Source: Candidatus Auribacterota bacterium (GTDB lineage Bacteria; Auribacterota; UBA6266). Taken from it: 15,888 nucleotides of DNA. Position 1 is the first letter of the stretch. Each line of letters starts with the position of its first letter. The translations under genes and the position numbers were made by a program. Shown piece after piece: positions 1 to 7,685 of this stretch. The notes under the pieces are model-generated. The model was not told where the DNA came from, ran no database searches, and saw nothing but the letters and a program-made list of their open reading frames with translations. The stretch lies in contig JAGLRQ010000130.1 in NCBI GenBank assembly GCA_023136205.1, positions 1-15,888 of the forward strand, written 5' to 3'.

Positions 1-219
1 AATAGTTGGGAAATAAATCCTATTTTTAAACTGCTTTCTTCTCTGGGTAATATTGATGAGATGGAAATGTATAAGACCTTCAATTGTGGGATAGGCATGG
101 TTCTTGTTGTGGAAGAAGGCAAGGCTCAGGATATTGTCGAAGAAATTGAAAAGAACAAGGGTGAAGGGTTTATTATCGGGGAGGTTCTAAAGGGGAATAA
201 AGACGTTAAGTTTGCATAA
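1..219 (+). CDS. purM: phosphoribosylformylglycinamidine cyclo-ligase (AIR synthetase), C-terminal fragment; 5' end lies outside the window
   Basis: Frame 1 is open from base 1 to TAA at 217-219. The translation NSWEINPIFKLLSSLGNIDEMEMYKTFNCGIGMVLVVEEGKAQDIVEEIEKNKGEGFIIGEVLKGNKDVKFA resembles the PurM C-terminal domain (EM..TFNcGIGmv). It lies directly upstream of purH-purD-purE. Not in the ORF track because it has no start in the window. Confidence 0.8.
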   Translation, partial: NSWEINPIFKLLSSLGNIDEMEMYKTFNCGIGMVLVVEEGKAQDIVEEIEKNKGEGFIIGEVLKGNKDVKFA

Positions 220-235
220 ATTTGTGAGGAGGAAA

Positions 236-1810
236 ATGAAGAAAATCGAAAGAGCACTTTTAAGTGTTTATGACAAAACCGGCATTGTTGAATTTGCGAG
301 GGGTTTGCATCAACTCGGGATAGAGATTATATCTACCGGCGGCACGGCAAAACTGTTGAAAGATGAGGGTATCCCCATTGTAAAAATTTCTGATTATACA
401 GGGTTTCCGGAAATGTTAGATGGAAGAGTGAAGACTCTTCATCCGAAGGTTCATGCGGGGCTTCTTGCAGTCAGGAATAACACGGAACATAGAAAACAGA
501 TGAAAAAGATGGGTTTTGATTATATTGATCTGGTAGCTGTTAATTTATACCCTTTTGAGCAGACAATTTCTAAAAAAGACGTTACTCTTGAAGAGGCGGT
601 AGAGAATATAGATATAGGCGGGCCTACAATGCTCAGATCCGCGGCTAAAAATTTCAAAGATGCCGCGGTAATTGTTAACCCTTCAAAATATGAGATTGTT
701 TTGCAAGAACTCAGAGAAAACAAACAGATTTTGTCGGAAGAACTTAAAATGAGGCTTGCTGTAGAGGTTTTTCAGACTACTTCTAGATACGATGCCCTTA
801 TTGCCAGCTATCTTAAAAAAATATCTTCCGCGATACCGGATTCCTTACCAAGTGAATTTTCGATTTTCTGCAGCAAGAGGCAGAATCTCAGGTACGGAGA
901 GAATCCGCATCAGAAAGCAGCATTTTTCGAGGATAAGGCTTTTGAAAGCAGTGAACCTTCGGTAGTTGGGGCAAAACAGCTTCACGGCAAAGAACTTTCT
1001 TTTAATAATATAATTGATTTAAATGCCGCCATTGAAATAGTCAAAGAATTTGAAGAACCCATGGCTGTTGTAGTAAAACATACCAATCCCTGCGGTGCTG
1101 CTGTTTCAAAAGATATTTATTCAGCTTACCTTAAAGCGCTTGAAACCGATCCTGTTTCTGCCTTTGGCAGCATAATAGGCTTGAACAGAGAACTGGATAA
1201 GAAAACCGCTGATGAGATTTCAAAACTGTTTATTGAAGCAATTGTTGCGCCTTCATTTGCCGAAGATGCTCTGGAAGTGCTTAAAAAGAAGAAAAATATA
1301 AGACTTATCGAGATTGGAAAATTAAATACCTGGTACCAAAAGAAAGATATGTCGGGATTTGATATTAAAAAGGTTGTCGGTGGTATTCTTGTCCAGGATA
1401 GAGATACCAAAGGGGTAACAAAAAAGGATTTAAGGATTGTGACAGGCAAGAAACCTACTGACAGACAGATCGAAGATTTGCTTTTTGCGTGGAAAATTGT
1501 TAAACATGTGAAGTCAAATGCTGTTGTTTATGTGAAGGGGCTTCATACTATAGGTATTGGAGCCGGCCAAATGTCGAGAGTGGATTCATCTAAGATAGCT
1601 GTTATGAAGGCCAGGAAAGACCTTAAAGGGAGTGTTGTAGCTTCAGACGCGTTTTTCCCGTTCAGGGATGGTGTTGATGCTGCCGCTGAGGCCGGAGCTA
1701 TAGCGATTATCCAGCCCGGAGGGTCAATCAGGGATCAGGAAGTAATTGACGCATGCAACGAACATCAAATATCTATGGTATTTACCGGCATAAGGCATTT
1801 TAAACACTAG
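236..1810 (+). CDS. purH: bifunctional AICAR formyltransferase / IMP cyclohydrolase
   Basis: The 532-aa ORF has the MGS-like N-terminus ([19 protein letters not shown]...[12 protein letters not shown]), then [12 protein letters not shown] and the AICARFT domain ([32 protein letters not shown]). I prefer ATG at 236 ([11 protein letters not shown]) with GAGGAGG at 225-231 over the TTG at 212 used by the track. Confidence 0.95.
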   Translation: MKKIERALLSVYDKTGIVEFARGLHQLGIEIISTGGTAKLLKDEGIPIVKISDYTGFPEMLDGRVKTLHPKVHAGLLAVRNNTEHRKQMKKMGFDYIDLVAVNLYPFEQTISKKDVTLEEAVENIDIGGPTMLRSAAKNFKDAAVIVNPSKYEIVLQELRENKQILSEELKMRLAVEVFQTTSRYDALIASYLKKISSAIPDSLPSEFSIFCSKRQNLRYGENPHQKAAFFEDKAFESSEPSVVGAKQLHGKELSFNNIIDLNAAIEIVKEFEEPMAVVVKHTNPCGAAVSKDIYSAYLKALETDPVSAFGSIIGLNRELDKKTADEISKLFIEAIVAPSFAEDALEVLKKKKNIRLIEIGKLNTWYQKKDMSGFDIKKVVGGILVQDRDTKGVTKKDLRIVTGKKPTDRQIEDLLFAWKIVKHVKSNAVVYVKGLHTIGIGAGQMSRVDSSKIAVMKARKDLKGSVVASDAFFPFRDGVDAAAEAGAIAIIQPGGSIRDQEVIDACNEHQISMVFTGIRHFKH

Positions 1811-1822
1811 CGGGAAATTTTT

Positions 1823-3106
1823 ATGAAAATACTTGTCATTGGTTCAGGGGGAAGAGAGCATGCTCTTGTATGGAAGCTTTCCAAAAGTTCCGGTGTCTCA
1901 AAACTATTCTGCGCGCCGGGTAACGGAGGTATAGCTTCCCTTGCCGATTGTGTAAATATAAAAGCAGATAATATAGCACAGCTTACTGCCTTTGCCCTTA
2001 AAAACGGAATAGATTACACAGTTGTTGGGCCGGAAGTGCCTCTTACTGCGGGCATATCTGACGAATTTGAGAAAAACGGCCTTAAGATTTTTGGGCCTGT
2101 GAAAAATGGTGCCCGCCTGGAAGGAAGCAAGGTTTTTTCGAAGGAGTTTATGCGGAAATATAATATACCAACCGCGGATTTTAAGGTTTTTACAGATGTT
2201 TCATCCGCGTTGGGCTATATAAATAAAAAAGGGGTACCGATTGTTATAAAAGCTGATGGCCTTGCCGCGGGAAAAGGGGTTTTTGTATGTAACAGCGCTG
2301 ATGAAGCCCGAAAGTCGGTTAGGCTTATTATGGAGCAAAAGATATTTGGAGACGCGGGGGATAAAATAATAGTTGAAGAATGCCTTGAAGGAGAGGAAGC
2401 ATCGATTCTCGCATTTTGCGATGGGGAAACAATCACGATTATGGAATCATCTCAAGACCACAAGAGAATAGATGATGAAGACAAAGGCCCTAATACAGGT
2501 GGAATGGGAGCCTATAGCCCTGCACCTGTCGTAAATGGTAAGCTGATAGGGCAAATCAGAGAAGAAATCTTTGATAGGATCCTGGCGGGTTTCAAGAAAG
2601 AGGCGATAGATTATAAGGGTGTTCTTTATGCCGGCATTATGGTTACTGATAAAGGGCCGAAGGCCCTTGAGTTTAACGTAAGATTTGGTGATCCTGAAAC
2701 ACAACCGATACTTATGAGGCTCAAAACAGATCTCATGGATATAATAAAAGCGGTAACATCAGGCAACCTGAAAGATATAAAGCTTGAATGGAATGAAAAT
2801 CCGGCAGTTTGTGTTGTGATAGCTTCAGGCGGATATCCGGGCAAGTACAGCAAGGATTATGAAATAAGGGGGTTAGATAAAACGGCAGAATTAGAAAACT
2901 TGTTTGTTTTTCATGCCGGAACAAATATAAAAAATGAAAAATTTTATACATCGGGCGGGCGGGTGCTTGGAGTAACGGCAATGGCTAATGATATTAAAAA
3001 GGCTATTGATAAGGCATATATGGGTGTTAGGTGCATATATTTCAGGGATGCTCATTTCAGAAAAGATATAGGAGCCAGGGCGATAAAAACAGTGAATCGT
3101 GAATAG
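1823..3106 (+). CDS. purD: phosphoribosylamine--glycine ligase (GAR synthetase)
   Basis: 427 aa. MKILVIGSGGREHALVWKL N-terminus, ATP-grasp core (VIKADGLAAGKGV, EEASILAFCDG, GPNTGGMGAYSP, EFNVRFGDPETQ) and SGGRVLGV near the C-terminus. The last codons (VNRE*) are encoded by heptamer repeats. Confidence 0.95.
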   Translation: MKILVIGSGGREHALVWKLSKSSGVSKLFCAPGNGGIASLADCVNIKADNIAQLTAFALKNGIDYTVVGPEVPLTAGISDEFEKNGLKIFGPVKNGARLEGSKVFSKEFMRKYNIPTADFKVFTDVSSALGYINKKGVPIVIKADGLAAGKGVFVCNSADEARKSVRLIMEQKIFGDAGDKIIVEECLEGEEASILAFCDGETITIMESSQDHKRIDDEDKGPNTGGMGAYSPAPVVNGKLIGQIREEIFDRILAGFKKEAIDYKGVLYAGIMVTDKGPKALEFNVRFGDPETQPILMRLKTDLMDIIKAVTSGNLKDIKLEWNENPAVCVVIASGGYPGKYSKDYEIRGLDKTAELENLFVFHAGTNIKNEKFYTSGGRVLGVTAMANDIKKAIDKAYMGVRCIYFRDAHFRKDIGARAIKTVNRE

Positions 3107-3188
3107 CAGGTATTTCGTTGTGCGTCGTGCGTGATGCGTCGTGCGCGAAAAAATAAGAACTCAATACTCAATACGCATCACACAATAC
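3090..3188. repeat. composite short tandem heptanucleotide repeat block in the purD-purE spacer
   Basis: Read directly from the sequence. CAGTGAA TCGTGAA at 3090-3103. TTCGTTG TGCGTCG TGCGTGA TGCGTCG TGCGCGA at 3114-3148. TCAATAC TCAATAC GCATCAC ACAATAC at 3161-3188. A 9-bp inverted repeat, GTGATGCGT (3131-3139) / ACGCATCAC (3173-3181), links the second and third arrays. Confidence 0.7.
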
Positions 3189-3214
3189 AATGTTTTATAA
3201 ATGGAGGGCTTGAA

Positions 3215-3730
3215 ATGAATATAAAACCGGTTGTTGGAATTGTTATGGGGAGTGAATCCGATTTTGAAGTGATGAAAAAAGCAGGGGATATGCTGGGCAA
3301 GTTTAAAATTCCGTATGAAATAGATGTAATAAGCGCTCACAGGTCTCCGAAACTTGTAGTAAAATATGCAGAGGAAGCCATAAGAAATGAGCTGAAAGTG
3401 ATTATTGCGGGTGCCGGTAAAGCCGCTCATCTTGCGGGAGTTATTGCGGCTCATACCACAATACCGGTTATAGGGGTACCCATTTCATCTGATGATCTTA
3501 AAGGGATGGATGCGCTTTTTTCCATGGTTCAAATGCCTGCCGGGGTACCTGTTGCTACCATGGGGCTTGGTTCTTCCGGGGCAAAGAACGCGGCAATCCT
3601 CGCGGCTGAAATACTTTCGCTTTCCGATACAAAAATATTCGATAAACTTTTAAATTACAGAACGGTTCTTGAAGAAGAAGTTTTGGCTGCTTCCGAGCGG
3701 GTAAAAAAAGCAAGTGCGGAGAAGAAATAA
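3215..3730 (+). CDS. purE: 5-(carboxyamino)imidazole ribonucleotide mutase (class I PurE-like)
   Basis: MNIKPVVGIVMGSESDFEVMKKA, SAHRSP (class I-type AHR signature as I recall it), IAGAGKAAHLAG and PVIGVP. ATG at 3215 is preceded by GGAGGG at 3203-3208. The track's start at 3131 adds 28 residues (MMRRARKNKN...) that are only a translation of the heptamer arrays. Confidence 0.9.
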   Translation: MNIKPVVGIVMGSESDFEVMKKAGDMLGKFKIPYEIDVISAHRSPKLVVKYAEEAIRNELKVIIAGAGKAAHLAGVIAAHTTIPVIGVPISSDDLKGMDALFSMVQMPAGVPVATMGLGSSGAKNAAILAAEILSLSDTKIFDKLLNYRTVLEEEVLAASERVKKASAEKK

Positions 3731-3752
3731 AGGCAATTAAAAATTTCGAGTT

Positions 3753-4361
3753 ATGAAGATTTTTAAAGCGAACAATTCAAAAGAGATTGAGGGTGCGGCA
3801 GCTAAAGCCGCGCGCGTTATCAGAAATGGCGGTATTGTAGCTTTTCCAACGGAAACTGTTTACGGGCTTGGAGTTGATGCTGAAAACAGTGAAGCTGTGA
3901 GCAGGCTTTTTAAACTTAAGAAACGCGACGAACGGAAACCCTTTACGAGGTTAATCTCTTCGGTTGAAATGATAAATCCTGGTTGTAATATTGTCCGGGA
4001 TGCTAAGAAAGTTATGGAAGAGTTTTGGCCGGGGCCTCTTACAATTATTCTTAAATGCAGTGATAAAAAGATTGGTTTCAGAATGCCCTCCTGTGAAATT
4101 GCTCTTAAGCTTGTTGAAAAGGCGAATGTCCCGCTTGCTGCTCCAAGCGCAAATCCGGGCGGAATGCCTAATCCGGTTGAGGCGGGGACGGTATTAAATT
4201 ATTTCAGGGATAAGATAGATGTTTTGATTGACGGCGGGAAAACAAGGCTTGGTGTTGAATCTACTATTATTGATTTTTCTAAACCGAAAAAAAAACTTTT
4301 AAGAGAAGGGGCATTAAAAGTGGAAGAAATAGAGAATGCAACAGGAATAAAACTAACGTAG
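3753..4361 (+). CDS. tsaC: L-threonylcarbamoyladenylate synthase, short YrdC/TsaC type (t6A biosynthesis)
   Basis: 202 aa with the YrdC/Sua5 fold signature GGIVAFPTETVYGLGVDA, KKRDERKPF, WPGPLT, APSAN and STIIDF. No C-terminal Sua5 domain. Same neighbourhood as the Bacillus ywlC-ywlE-ywlF-glyA block. Confidence 0.85.
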   Translation: MKIFKANNSKEIEGAAAKAARVIRNGGIVAFPTETVYGLGVDAENSEAVSRLFKLKKRDERKPFTRLISSVEMINPGCNIVRDAKKVMEEFWPGPLTIILKCSDKKIGFRMPSCEIALKLVEKANVPLAAPSANPGGMPNPVEAGTVLNYFRDKIDVLIDGGKTRLGVESTIIDFSKPKKKLLREGALKVEEIENATGIKLT

Positions 4362-4384
4362 CAATATCGAAAGTAAATTTACGA

Positions 4385-4846
4385 ATGAAAAAGAATGTGT
4401 TGTTTGTTTGCACGGGTAACAGTTGCCGTTCTCCAATGGCAGAGGGGTATTTTAATTATCTTACGAAAAAAAAGACACTGAATATGGAGGCCAGGTCCGC
4501 GGGTACTTCTACTTTTTGCGGTTTCTCTCCCACTGCGGAAGCAATACAGGTAATGCGTGATAGCGGTATAGATATTTCTAATCATAAAGCAAGGAAACTT
4601 ACGCTTGAGATGATAGATAGAGCTGATATAGTCGCGGTTATGGCCCGCGGCCATAAGAGCCGGATTCATTCAGAGTTCGGGGTTTTCTCGGGGAAACTGA
4701 AATTACTCAAGGAATACAGCTGCCATGCTGATCTGAAAGATATGGAGATTTTCGATCCCATAGGGAAGCCCTTGAAAGAATATAAAAAGTGTTTTGAAAG
4801 CATGAAACCGGCAATTGAATATATGGTAGAGGTGTTATGCAAATAG
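4385..4846 (+). CDS. low-molecular-weight protein phosphatase (YwlE-like; Tyr/Arg phosphatase family)
   Basis: N-terminal CX5R(S/T) P-loop VLFVCTGNSCRSPMAEG and a C-terminal DP acid motif (EIFDPIGKP). Located between tsaC and rpiB, as ywlE is in Bacillus. Confidence 0.85.
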   Translation: MKKNVLFVCTGNSCRSPMAEGYFNYLTKKKTLNMEARSAGTSTFCGFSPTAEAIQVMRDSGIDISNHKARKLTLEMIDRADIVAVMARGHKSRIHSEFGVFSGKLKLLKEYSCHADLKDMEIFDPIGKPLKEYKKCFESMKPAIEYMVEVLCK

Positions 4847-5274
4847 CTATAGCGAGTGACCATGGGGGATTTGCTTTTAAGCAAATCCTGGAAAAGTATC
4901 TTAAGGAATTAGGGCATGATGTTGAAGATTTTGGGTGCGGCAGTGAAGAGTCCTGTGACTATCCTGATTTTGGCATACCGGCCGCAAAAAGTGTAGCCAG
5001 GGAGAAAAATGAAAGAGCTATACTTGTTTGTACAAACGGCATAGGTATGTGTATGCTGGCAAATAAAATAGAAGGAATTCGCGCCGCGCTGGTCTACAGT
5101 GAAAAAACAGCCAAAAAGACAAGACAGCACCATAATTCTAATGTTCTTTGTCTCGGAGCACAGGAATTTCCATTTGGGGAACTTAAATCTTTTGTTAGAA
5201 TTTGGCTTGAAACGAATTTTGACGGCGGCAGGCACGAAAGACGTATTAATAAAATCGATGAATTGTTGCAATAG
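4837..5274 (+). CDS. rpiB: ribose-5-phosphate isomerase B (RpiB/LacAB family)
   Basis: MQIAIASDHGGFAFKQ, DYPDF, ILVCTNGIGMCMLANK, RQHHNSNVLCLGA and GGRHERRI. The start overlaps the upstream stop by 10 nt (ATGCAAATAG). Confidence 0.9.
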   Translation: MQIAIASDHGGFAFKQILEKYLKELGHDVEDFGCGSEESCDYPDFGIPAAKSVAREKNERAILVCTNGIGMCMLANKIEGIRAALVYSEKTAKKTRQHHNSNVLCLGAQEFPFGELKSFVRIWLETNFDGGRHERRINKIDELLQ

Positions 5275-5286
5275 AGGAAAAATAAA

Positions 5287-6591
5287 ATGAAAAAACTAAA
5301 AGAAGTAGACCCTGAAATTTATGATGTTATTCAGAAAGAAGTTGAAAGAGAAGAGTATCATATAGAACTTATAGCATCGGAGAATTTTACCAGCAGCGCT
5401 GTTCTTGAAGCTGCCGGTTCAGTTCTTACAAATAAATATGCCGAAGGCTACCCGGGGAAAAGATATTACGGCGGTTGTGAGTGTGTTGATATCGCGGAGA
5501 ATCTTGCGATAGAAAGAGCAAAAGCATTATTTAAAGCAGAGTATGTGAATGTCCAGCCTCACTCCGGTTCCCAGGCAAATATGGGAGTGTACTTTGCTAT
5601 TTTGAAACCCGGGGATACAATTCTTGGGATGAATCTTGCCCACGGAGGCCATCTTACCCATGGAGCTAAAGTAAATTTTTCCGGGAAAATGTACAATGTT
5701 TATTCCTATGGCGTCAGCAAAGAAAGTGAAATGCTTGACTATGATGAACTATTAAACATAGCGAAAGAATGTAAACCCAGCTTAATAATTGCGGGTGCGT
5801 CTGCTTACTCCAGAATAATCGACTTTGAAAAGTTCAGGCAAATTGCGGATGAGGTTGATGCTTATCTTATGATGGATATGGCTCACATAGCGGGCCTTGT
5901 AGCTACGGGACATCATCCCTCACCTCTCGATCACGCCCATTTTGTGACAACAACGACCCATAAAACGTTAAGAGGCCCAAGGGGCGGTATGATTTTAATG
6001 GGTAAAGATTTTGAGAATAAAATGGGACTGGTAGTAAAAAAGACAGGCAAACTGAAGATGATGAGCAGCATTATAAATTCAAGCATTATGCCCGGTATTC
6101 AGGGCGGGCCTCTGATGCACATTATAGCGGCAAAAGCAGTTGCTTTTACGGAAGCCTTAAAGCCGGATTTTGCTGAATATTCCTCGCAAATAATAAAAAA
6201 TGCAAAGGTTTTGTGTGAAACGCTTAGATCGAAGGGTTTTAGAATTGTATCAGGAGGAACAGATAATCACCTTTTCCTTGTTGACCTTACCAATAAAAAC
6301 ATAACAGGCAAAGAAGCTGAAAAAGCATTAGCAGGGGCCGGTTTGATTGTAAATAAAAATGGGATACCGTTTGACACGAAATCGGCATTTGTAACTTCAG
6401 GAATAAGGATAGGGACGCCTGCGGCAACAACCAGGGGAATGAAAGAAAAGGAGATGGAACTTATCGGAGGATTTATTTCGGAGGTCCTTTCTTTGCCTGA
6501 GAATGAAAAAGTTGCGGGTGAAATAAAAAAGAAAGTCAAAAAGCTTTGTGAAACGTTTCCGATGTATGAAGGCCTTATTAAGAAGCAGTGA
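5287..6591 (+). CDS. glyA: serine hydroxymethyltransferase
   Basis: 434 aa. [38 protein letters not shown], the PLP-lysine motif [14 protein letters not shown] and [19 protein letters not shown] upstream. Confidence 0.97.
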   Translation: MKKLKEVDPEIYDVIQKEVEREEYHIELIASENFTSSAVLEAAGSVLTNKYAEGYPGKRYYGGCECVDIAENLAIERAKALFKAEYVNVQPHSGSQANMGVYFAILKPGDTILGMNLAHGGHLTHGAKVNFSGKMYNVYSYGVSKESEMLDYDELLNIAKECKPSLIIAGASAYSRIIDFEKFRQIADEVDAYLMMDMAHIAGLVATGHHPSPLDHAHFVTTTTHKTLRGPRGGMILMGKDFENKMGLVVKKTGKLKMMSSIINSSIMPGIQGGPLMHIIAAKAVAFTEALKPDFAEYSSQIIKNAKVLCETLRSKGFRIVSGGTDNHLFLVDLTNKNITGKEAEKALAGAGLIVNKNGIPFDTKSAFVTSGIRIGTPAATTRGMKEKEMELIGGFISEVLSLPENEKVAGEIKKKVKKLCETFPMYEGLIKKQ

Positions 6592-6620
6592 ATAGTGACT
6601 CGTGAATGGTAAACAGTGAA
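6586..6620. repeat. tandem heptanucleotide repeat (NNGTGAA family, 5 units) at the glyA / dCMP deaminase junction
   Basis: CAGTGAA TAGTGAC TCGTGAA TGGTAAA CAGTGAA read directly. The first unit contains the glyA stop (TGA 6589-6591). Units 3-5 encode MVNSE of the longest deaminase ORF. Confidence 0.7.
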
Positions 6621-7121
6621 ATGACAGAAGAAGAAAAGGTAAAAAACAAAAAGATTGGGGATGCCCGTCCCAGCTGGGATGAGTATTTTATGCAGATTGC
6701 TTGTCTTATTTCCCGGCGCTCGACCTGCCTTAGAAGGAAAGTCGGATCTGTTATAGTAAAAGACAAACATGTCCTTACGACCGGCTATAATGGTGTTCCG
6801 GCAGGACTAAAGCATTGTGTAGAGATTGGATGTCTCCGGATGAAGGAAAATGTTCCTTCTGGACAACGGCATGAGCTTTGCCGCGGCCTTCACGCGGAAA
6901 TGAATGCTCTTATTCAGGCGGCAAAATTTGGTATAAATATTGAAGGTAGTACATTCTACTGCACAGTGCATCCATGTATTCTCTGCGCGAAGATGATTAT
7001 AAATTCCGGTATCAGAAAAGTAATTATTAAGGAAGGGTATCCAGATGAAAATGCTGTAAAGATGTTTAAGGAAGCAGATATTAAAATAGAGAAATTTCAA
7101 GAAAAACGAGAACAGTGTTGA
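6606..7121 (+). CDS. dCMP deaminase (ComEB / deoxycytidylate deaminase family)
   Basis: SWDEYFM..A.L.S.RS.C.RRKVG, and the zinc motifs HAEMNAL and PCILCAKMIINSGI. The start is ambiguous: ATG 6606 lies inside the heptamer array, and ATG 6621 lies immediately after it. Confidence 0.9.
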   Translation: MVNSEMTEEEKVKNKKIGDARPSWDEYFMQIACLISRRSTCLRRKVGSVIVKDKHVLTTGYNGVPAGLKHCVEIGCLRMKENVPSGQRHELCRGLHAEMNALIQAAKFGINIEGSTFYCTVHPCILCAKMIINSGIRKVIIKEGYPDENAVKMFKEADIKIEKFQEKREQC

Positions 7122-7146
7122 CACACTATATATGGTGTGATAGGTT
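7118..7146 (+). promoter_or_regulatory. candidate sigma70-type promoter of the nrdR-nrdD operon
   Basis: TTGACA at 7118-7123, a 17-bp spacer, then TGaTAGGTT (extended -10-like) with the hexamer at 7141-7146. It overlaps NrdR box 1, as is typical for NrdR-repressed promoters. The -10 is weak, so this is tentative. Confidence 0.4.
7123..7138. promoter_or_regulatory. NrdR box 1
   Basis: ACACTATATATGGTGT is a near-perfect match to the palindromic NrdR-box consensus acaCwAtATaTwgtgt, as I recall it from comparative genomics of nrd regulons. Confidence 0.8.
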
Positions 7147-7153
7147 GGTGAGT

Positions 7154-7169
7154 GCACTATATATACTGC
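7154..7169. promoter_or_regulatory. NrdR box 2
   Basis: GCACTATATATACTGC has the same CACTATATAT core as box 1. It is offset by exactly 31 bp, the usual tandem NrdR-box spacing of about three helical turns, and lies about 40 nt upstream of the nrdR start. Confidence 0.75.
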
Positions 7170-7208
7170 TCTTCTTTCTAAACTATTATTAGCTTCAGGG
7201 TGTTGGGA

Positions 7209-7685
7209 ATGCGGTGTCCATATTGTGATTATGAAGAGGATAAAGTGGTAGACTCCAGGTCATCCAACGACGGAAAGGTCATAAGGAGACGTCGAGAATG
7301 CCTTAAGTGTTCAAAAAGATTTACCACGTATGAAAGAGTTGAAAAAGTTCCTATTTCTGTTGTAAAAAAAGGAAACATTCGTGAGGATTTTGATAGAAAC
7401 AAGATTTTTGAAGGTGTCCTTAAAGCTTGCCAGAAAAGGCCTATAGGTATAGATAGGATTGAACAATTGGTTGATGAAGTTGAGCAGGAACTTGAAACAG
7501 AAGGCAGAAAAGAAATTAAATCCGAGAAGATAGGGGAGCTTGTAATGAACAAACTCCAGTTACTGGATGATGTCGCTTATGTAAGATTTGCTTCCGTTTA
7601 CAGGCAGTTTAAAGACGTTAATCAGTTCATGTCGGAAATAACAGGTATTTTGGGTGAGGGGAAAAAGAATGATAAAAGAGGTTGA
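7209..7685 (+). CDS. nrdR: transcriptional repressor NrdR (Zn ribbon + ATP-cone)
   Basis: MRCPYCDYEEDKVVDSR...RRRRECLKCSKRFTTYE zinc ribbon, followed by an ATP-cone (VVKKGNIREDFDRNKIFEGV...AYVRFASVYRQF). ATG 7209 gives the canonical MRCP.C N-terminus. The track's GTG at 7200 adds 3 residues. Confidence 0.95.
   Translation: MRCPYCDYEEDKVVDSRSSNDGKVIRRRRECLKCSKRFTTYERVEKVPISVVKKGNIREDFDRNKIFEGVLKACQKRPIGIDRIEQLVDEVEQELETEGRKEIKSEKIGELVMNKLQLLDDVAYVRFASVYRQFKDVNQFMSEITGILGEGKKNDKRG

Noticed and set aside
212-235. TTG start at 212 for purH. Similarly GTG 7200 for nrdR, GTG 7654 for nrdD and TTG 12541 for the lipoprotein.
   Set aside because: In each case a downstream ATG has a better-placed Shine-Dalgarno sequence and gives the family-typical N-terminus: MRCPYC for NrdR, and a signal peptide at the extreme N-terminus for the lipoprotein. 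The upstream alternatives cannot be formally excluded.
3090-3188. CRISPR array or transcription factor binding-site array as the explanation for the heptamer repeats.
   Set aside because: The units are 7 nt long and directly abutting, with no spacers. That is far from CRISPR geometry. A 7-nt period also does not match the helical phasing of typical operator arrays.
3131-3214. N-terminal extension of purE (MMRRARKNKNSILNTHHTIQCFINGGLE) implied by the track's start at 3131.
   Set aside because: These codons are only the heptamer arrays read in frame. A canonical PurE N-terminus (MNIKPVVGIVMGSESD) with a GGAGGG RBS begins at 3215.
520-3454. Minus-strand track ORFs inside purH, purD and purE (520-723, 1126-1449, 2215-2436, 2447-2704, 2626-2853, 2733-2981, 3161-3454).
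   Set aside because: All lie fully antisense to strongly recognisable + strand genes. They have low-complexity or Ser/Phe/Ile-rich translations with no recognisable motifs and no RBS. They are typical shadow ORFs of AT-rich coding DNA.
4287-4295. A9 homopolymer inside tsaC (KPKKKL) as a possible slippage or phase-variation site.
   Set aside because: It is in frame in a housekeeping gene, and runs of this length are common in AT-rich, Lys-rich genomes. Nothing suggests programmed frameshifting.
3991-5290. Alternative-frame + strand ORFs 3991-4197 and 5099-5290, and minus-strand ORFs 4379-4669, 4666-4884 and 4909-5271.
   Set aside because: They are embedded in tsaC, the LMW phosphatase gene and rpiB. 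Their translations are Arg/Leu/Lys-rich with no motifs, so they are overlapping-frame artefacts.
1-5290. Purine, ZTP (pfl-motif) or THF riboswitches upstream of purH, purE or glyA.
   Set aside because: The gaps upstream of purH and glyA are only 12-16 nt. The only long spacer, between purD and purE, consists of heptamer repeats and shows none of the conserved riboswitch cores I can recall.
6267-7157. Minus-strand ORFs of 167, 62 and 116 aa, antisense to the glyA 3' end and the dCMP deaminase gene.
   Set aside because: They are antisense to two confidently identified genes and have Phe/Ser/Ile-rich low-complexity translations. The longest would have to read through the heptamer array.
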